Source: the human T2T-CHM13v2.0 reference genome, Homo sapiens | Assembly (NCBI RefSeq): GCF_009914755.1 | Contig: NC_060941.1 | DNA: 64,000 nt | Reading direction: 5' to 3' (one strand) | Shown: piece after piece, positions 59,969 to 64,000 of the stretch | How the letters are laid out: every line of letters begins with the position of its first letter | Numbering within the stretch: the stretch's first letter is position 1 | Translations under genes and position numbers: made by a program | The notes under the pieces: model-generated | Seen by the model: the letters and a program-made list of their open reading frames with translations, nothing else | The model's database searches: none | What the model was told of the DNA's origin: nothing

Positions 59969-62397
59969 CTAAAGCCTGCCCCGTGCCCTGAGCCCGGCAT
60001 GTTGTTCAGCCTCTCTGAAATGGTCTCCTTGGATCATGGGCAGAGATGGTACGATGGGATCCCACCCGAGGGGTCCCGGCCGGTGCTCACGGGGCTGGGA
60101 CCAGCTGCTCTTACTCTGTTTTTCTACCTTTCTCAGCCACTTGGAGGAAGAGAGAATTTTGTTACCTTTTACAGGTAAGGACGCTGAGGTTCACAGGATA
60201 AGTCACTTCCAGCCAGGTGTGTGTGACCTCAGATCCATACTCAGAGGGAGGTGGGCTGGGCAGAGCCTCCCACCTGCTCCCCTGGAGGCCCATGAGTCTG
60301 GGCACTGGGGCCCCAATTCCTATAAACCGGGGTTGATTACGGAGGACTCCCCTCACCTGCAACCCCGCCTCCCACCACAGAGCCCAGGCAGCAGGGAAGC
60401 CTGGAGACAGGCGCAGAGCCTCTGGGCCTGGGTGCCTACCCCTGCCCACCCCCAGGGCCTCAGGCCACAGGAGACCACCTAAAGCAGGAGCCGGGAGTAG
60501 GGCCCAGGCTGGGCTGGCACAGCTGGGCCTGTGAGGGGTGGAGGGGCCGCTGGGGAAGGGACTTACCAGCAGCAGCTCTGCTGGGACCTGGGAGGCTCTC
60601 CTCATTTCCAGTAACAAGCGGGGGTGGGGGCAGTGGGAGGGAGGAGGCGGCTTTCCCCAGGTGCCAGCTGTGCCTGAAGACAGCCTGTCCCCTCTGCTGT
60701 CTCCTGTTCTCAGCTCCTTAATCCCCTCCCCGACCTCATAGTTGACTCCTGGGCCGACTCCTCCCCTGGAAGGGAAAGAAGAGCCGGGCTCACCCACACC
60801 CAACAGGTGCAGCAGCTGCTTGAGGTCACAGTTGCTGAGAAGGGAAGCTGAGGCCAGTGGCAGCTCCAGCCAGGGTTGGTGCAGCCTGCTGAGGGGTCGA
60901 GGTCACCCAATCACCCACCCAGCTCCACCTGCCCCCACCCCTCCCACCCAGCCTGGCCACCAGCCCAGACACCTTCCTCACATGGCCTGAAGACCCCTGC
61001 TGACCTGTGGCACCATGTGGCCCAGCAGGGTGGCCAGGCTGGCCGGGGTCATGGGGTGGGGGACGCTGCTCCCCACCTGCCCTGGGGTGGTCAGTGCTGT
61101 TGGGGAGGCCACTCTCTAGGGGCATCTGCCAGGTACGCAGACCAGAAACTTACCCCGAGTTCTGTGACCCGCTCCGGGGAGCGGGGCATCTCATGTTCTC
61201 TCAGCCACGTCTGAAAGCTGGGACATGGCAGAGTGGGCAGGGCTGCCCTCTGAGCTGACCCCCTTCCCCTCCTCCCCATCTTGTCTCTCCTCAGATCTAG
61301 GGCTCACTCTGAGGCGTGGGTGACACTTGCCCCCCAACCCCAGCCTCTTCAGTGCAGGGAGTCAGGGCCTGAACTTCGGAGGGCCTTGGGGCAGGTTCCT
61401 GGGGCTTGCAGTGAGGCCTCCCCTTTCCCAGGGAGAGGAAGGGAGAAGCCGCGTCTGGCGAGGGAAGCCTGTACCCTCACCCTCACTGTGTCCAGATCTG
61501 CACCCCTAACCTGGCCTGGGGAGACTGGCACCAGGTGGAGCTGGTCCCCAAGGAGCCCCAAACCCCAGAACATCTGCTGCAGGGGTCAGCTCTCAGGGGG
61601 CCCCAGGGCCAGTCCTCTCTGCACCCCACCTTCCCTGCTCAATGTGGCTTGTAGGAGGTTATGCAAAGCATTATGCAAAGCACATGCAAATGAGACCCAA
61701 CCACAACTGGTCACTCTCTCCAGGCAAGACCACTGAAGCCCTCTGGTCATCAGCAGGAATGCAGGGGCGCCTATGGCAGGCCGGACTCCAGGTCAGGCCT
61801 TGGGGCAGTGAGGAAGAAGGTGCATGCCAGGTAAGCTATAGTCAAAAGGGAGGGACACACACCACCAGGCGAATGAATGAAGCAAATCAATGGCACTCCT
61901 CCCTGCCCCAGAATTCAAAATGACAGACCGGTGCAGACAGATGCATGTGTGTTCTGAGAGGTGGTTGTGTACAAGCAAGCTCACTCCTTCAGTCTCCCAT
62001 TCATTCACTTATTCTGCAAACTCAGTGTCTATTATGAGCCTGGGCTGTTCCAGGGGCTGGGGATATCCCAGCAGATGAAAATGCCTGCTTTGCAGGGCTC
62101 CAGTAGGGAGAGAAAGATACAGGTGACAAGTCAGGATGAGCAAGGAGGACACACCGGTGTATGTTCCAGAAACCATAAGGAGGCTGGAGCCAGGCACAGG
62201 GAGCCCTGGGCCTTGGGAAGAGTATGGTCTGTGCAGGGGCCATGTAGTGGGAGGGGGCCCTGCAACATCAACCCAGGTGCCCTGGGGAGGTTGTGGTGGA
62301 AACAGGCAGAGCACGGAGGGAACCAAGTTCCCCGGGCAGGAGATGCCAGGGGCTGCGGCCAGGGGTGGCAGTGGAAGGGCTGAGAAGTGGTCGGATT

Positions 62398-62987
62398 CTG
62401 GGTTAGGAAGAGAAAGCTGCCCTTTGCCCTCTGAAGCTTCGCCGAAAAATCAGCGGACAAAAGGCAGATTCATAGGAGAAAAGGCTCACAAAATTTACTG
62501 TAACTGCATAGCACAGGACTCCCCAGACGTGATTACCCAGTAATCCAGAGGGGTCCAGAACCTGCCATGCCCTTCCTCATGGGAGAAGAGGTGGTGGGAA
62601 ACCACCTCTTTGAGGCAAAGTCAATGATTTTTGGGGGGAAATGAAATGAATGGGCCCCTTGCTCAGACAATGGTTAGTGAATAATTCTCTTTGGGAATCA
62701 AATAGGACCAAAGAACAGACAATGGTTTGGGAGGAAGTTGGTCTGGGCTCTAGGTGTGGTGGTTCATTTCAGCCTCTTCCTTTGTGATGTGAGTTTTAAT
62801 CTTCTCCGGTTAATAACATTTCAGGGAAGGCAATTGTGTTCCTCTTGGCCAGTCTGGTTTCTAGGTAGTTAAGGAAAGTCCGAGAACAGCCTCATCCTGT
62901 GCTTTGGGAAGACATGGGGCTGGAGGTAGGTCAGAGAGACCTTGGGGCCCCTTCTTGTCAAGGCGCCATATTTTCTGAGCCCCAACA
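62398..62987 (-). mobile_element. ERV1-class solo LTR (MER34/MER39-like)
   Basis: Minus strand starts TGTTGGGGCTCAGAAAATATGGCGCCTTGACA. Confidence 0.6.
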
Positions 62988-64000
62988 GTGTATTTTGGGA
63001 ATGCTGTTATATTTCCATCTAATTTGCATTAAGGAAAAGCTATATGTGTTTTGGTGCCTGGGTACCTGTGTTGGGGAGGCTGGGAGTGGGGACAGAGTGG
63101 GGGAGGGCATCTTCTGGGTGCTCTGCAGACCCAGGGGTCTGTGGTGTTCTCCTTCAGGGCAACCCCCCAAAACCCACCACCCAAACTCAGCGAAACTACA
63201 AGGTGGGGCTGTGATGGGGCCTAGAGGTTTATGTAACAATCATGGGAACGGAGGTCCTCACCCGTGGAGGCCCCGCTAGGGGTTGAGCCTATTCCAGGGG
63301 TTCCCTGGAGTTCACCTCTCCTCACTGCCTCCTGTTCTTATTGGTTTTCTGGTGGGGGAGGAAGGGGCAAAGCCGCTCTTCTGTGAAGGTGGATGTTTTT
63401 TTTTGGCAGCAGCTGAAATCCATTTGCTACTAGGCCTAGGAGTAAGTGGGCGATCAAAACTGAATCGTGCAGTTTTTACTCCAAAACAAGCCCTGGCTCT
63501 TTAAGACTTGGGGCTGATTTTCACTCTCGGGTACCTGGGGCGAAGGTCGGGAAGCCAGGCCTTCTGTAAAGCTTTTAAGGACAGAAGGTGTAGCCTCCCA
63601 AGTTAGCACACTCTGGAGCCCCGAATGCAGTTGCCCTCTACAGACCTGGTCAGGGCCTCACCCTGCAGCCCAGGGGAAGGGACTGGGGGCTTTAAAGCTC
63701 TCGCAGGTCTCTGTTTGGCTGTGTGGCCCAGGACCAGCTCCTTCTACTCTCCTGCTGTGAATCAGCAGCACCACCCCCGACTTAGTAGCATAGTGTGAGG
63801 CTGACGTGCACGTGGGTGTGAATCCCGGTCAGCGCCACTCGTTGTGCCTTTGCGCTTCAATGGTCCCTGCCAAGGCTGTGGCAGCAGCTCCTGAGCTCCC
63901 CACCATACCTCGCCTAAAGCCTTAGGGACAAGTTCAGCCACCTGAGACCAAAAGCGCCCTGCCTGGCTAGCTCTAAGCCTCCAAATAACCCCTGGGATCC

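Overview
This is human (or very close primate) genomic DNA that I recognise as the chr17q25.3 BIRC5-TMEM235-THA1P neighbourhood. It holds (1) the 3' part of BIRC5/survivin on + (intron 3, the 165-nt alternative exon 3B, dual-frame exon 4, and a 3'UTR with three AATAAA sites); (2) the complete 5-coding-exon TMEM235 gene on + (223 aa, claudin/PMP22-like tetraspan), whose last exon appears MIR-derived; (3) the 7-exon unprocessed threonine aldolase pseudogene THA1P/GLY1 on -, with two frameshifts and a nonsense codon but an intact CpG-island promoter carrying twin ZNF143-type motifs and an adjacent MER85 element; and (4) about 27 kb of Alu/LTR/L1-rich non-coding DNA with enhancer-like motif clusters. 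Nearly all other ORFs in the track are Alu or GC-rich noise. I see no convincing new protein-coding system. The most unusual signals are a 243-bp inverted templated insertion flanked by a 15-bp direct repeat, the live-looking pseudogene promoter with a possible 90-aa mitochondrial-leader ORF, a CCAAT-box minisatellite, and a tail-less half-Alu with a perfect 20-bp TSD. Gene and repeat names come from recall, not database searches, and repeat boundaries are approximate.
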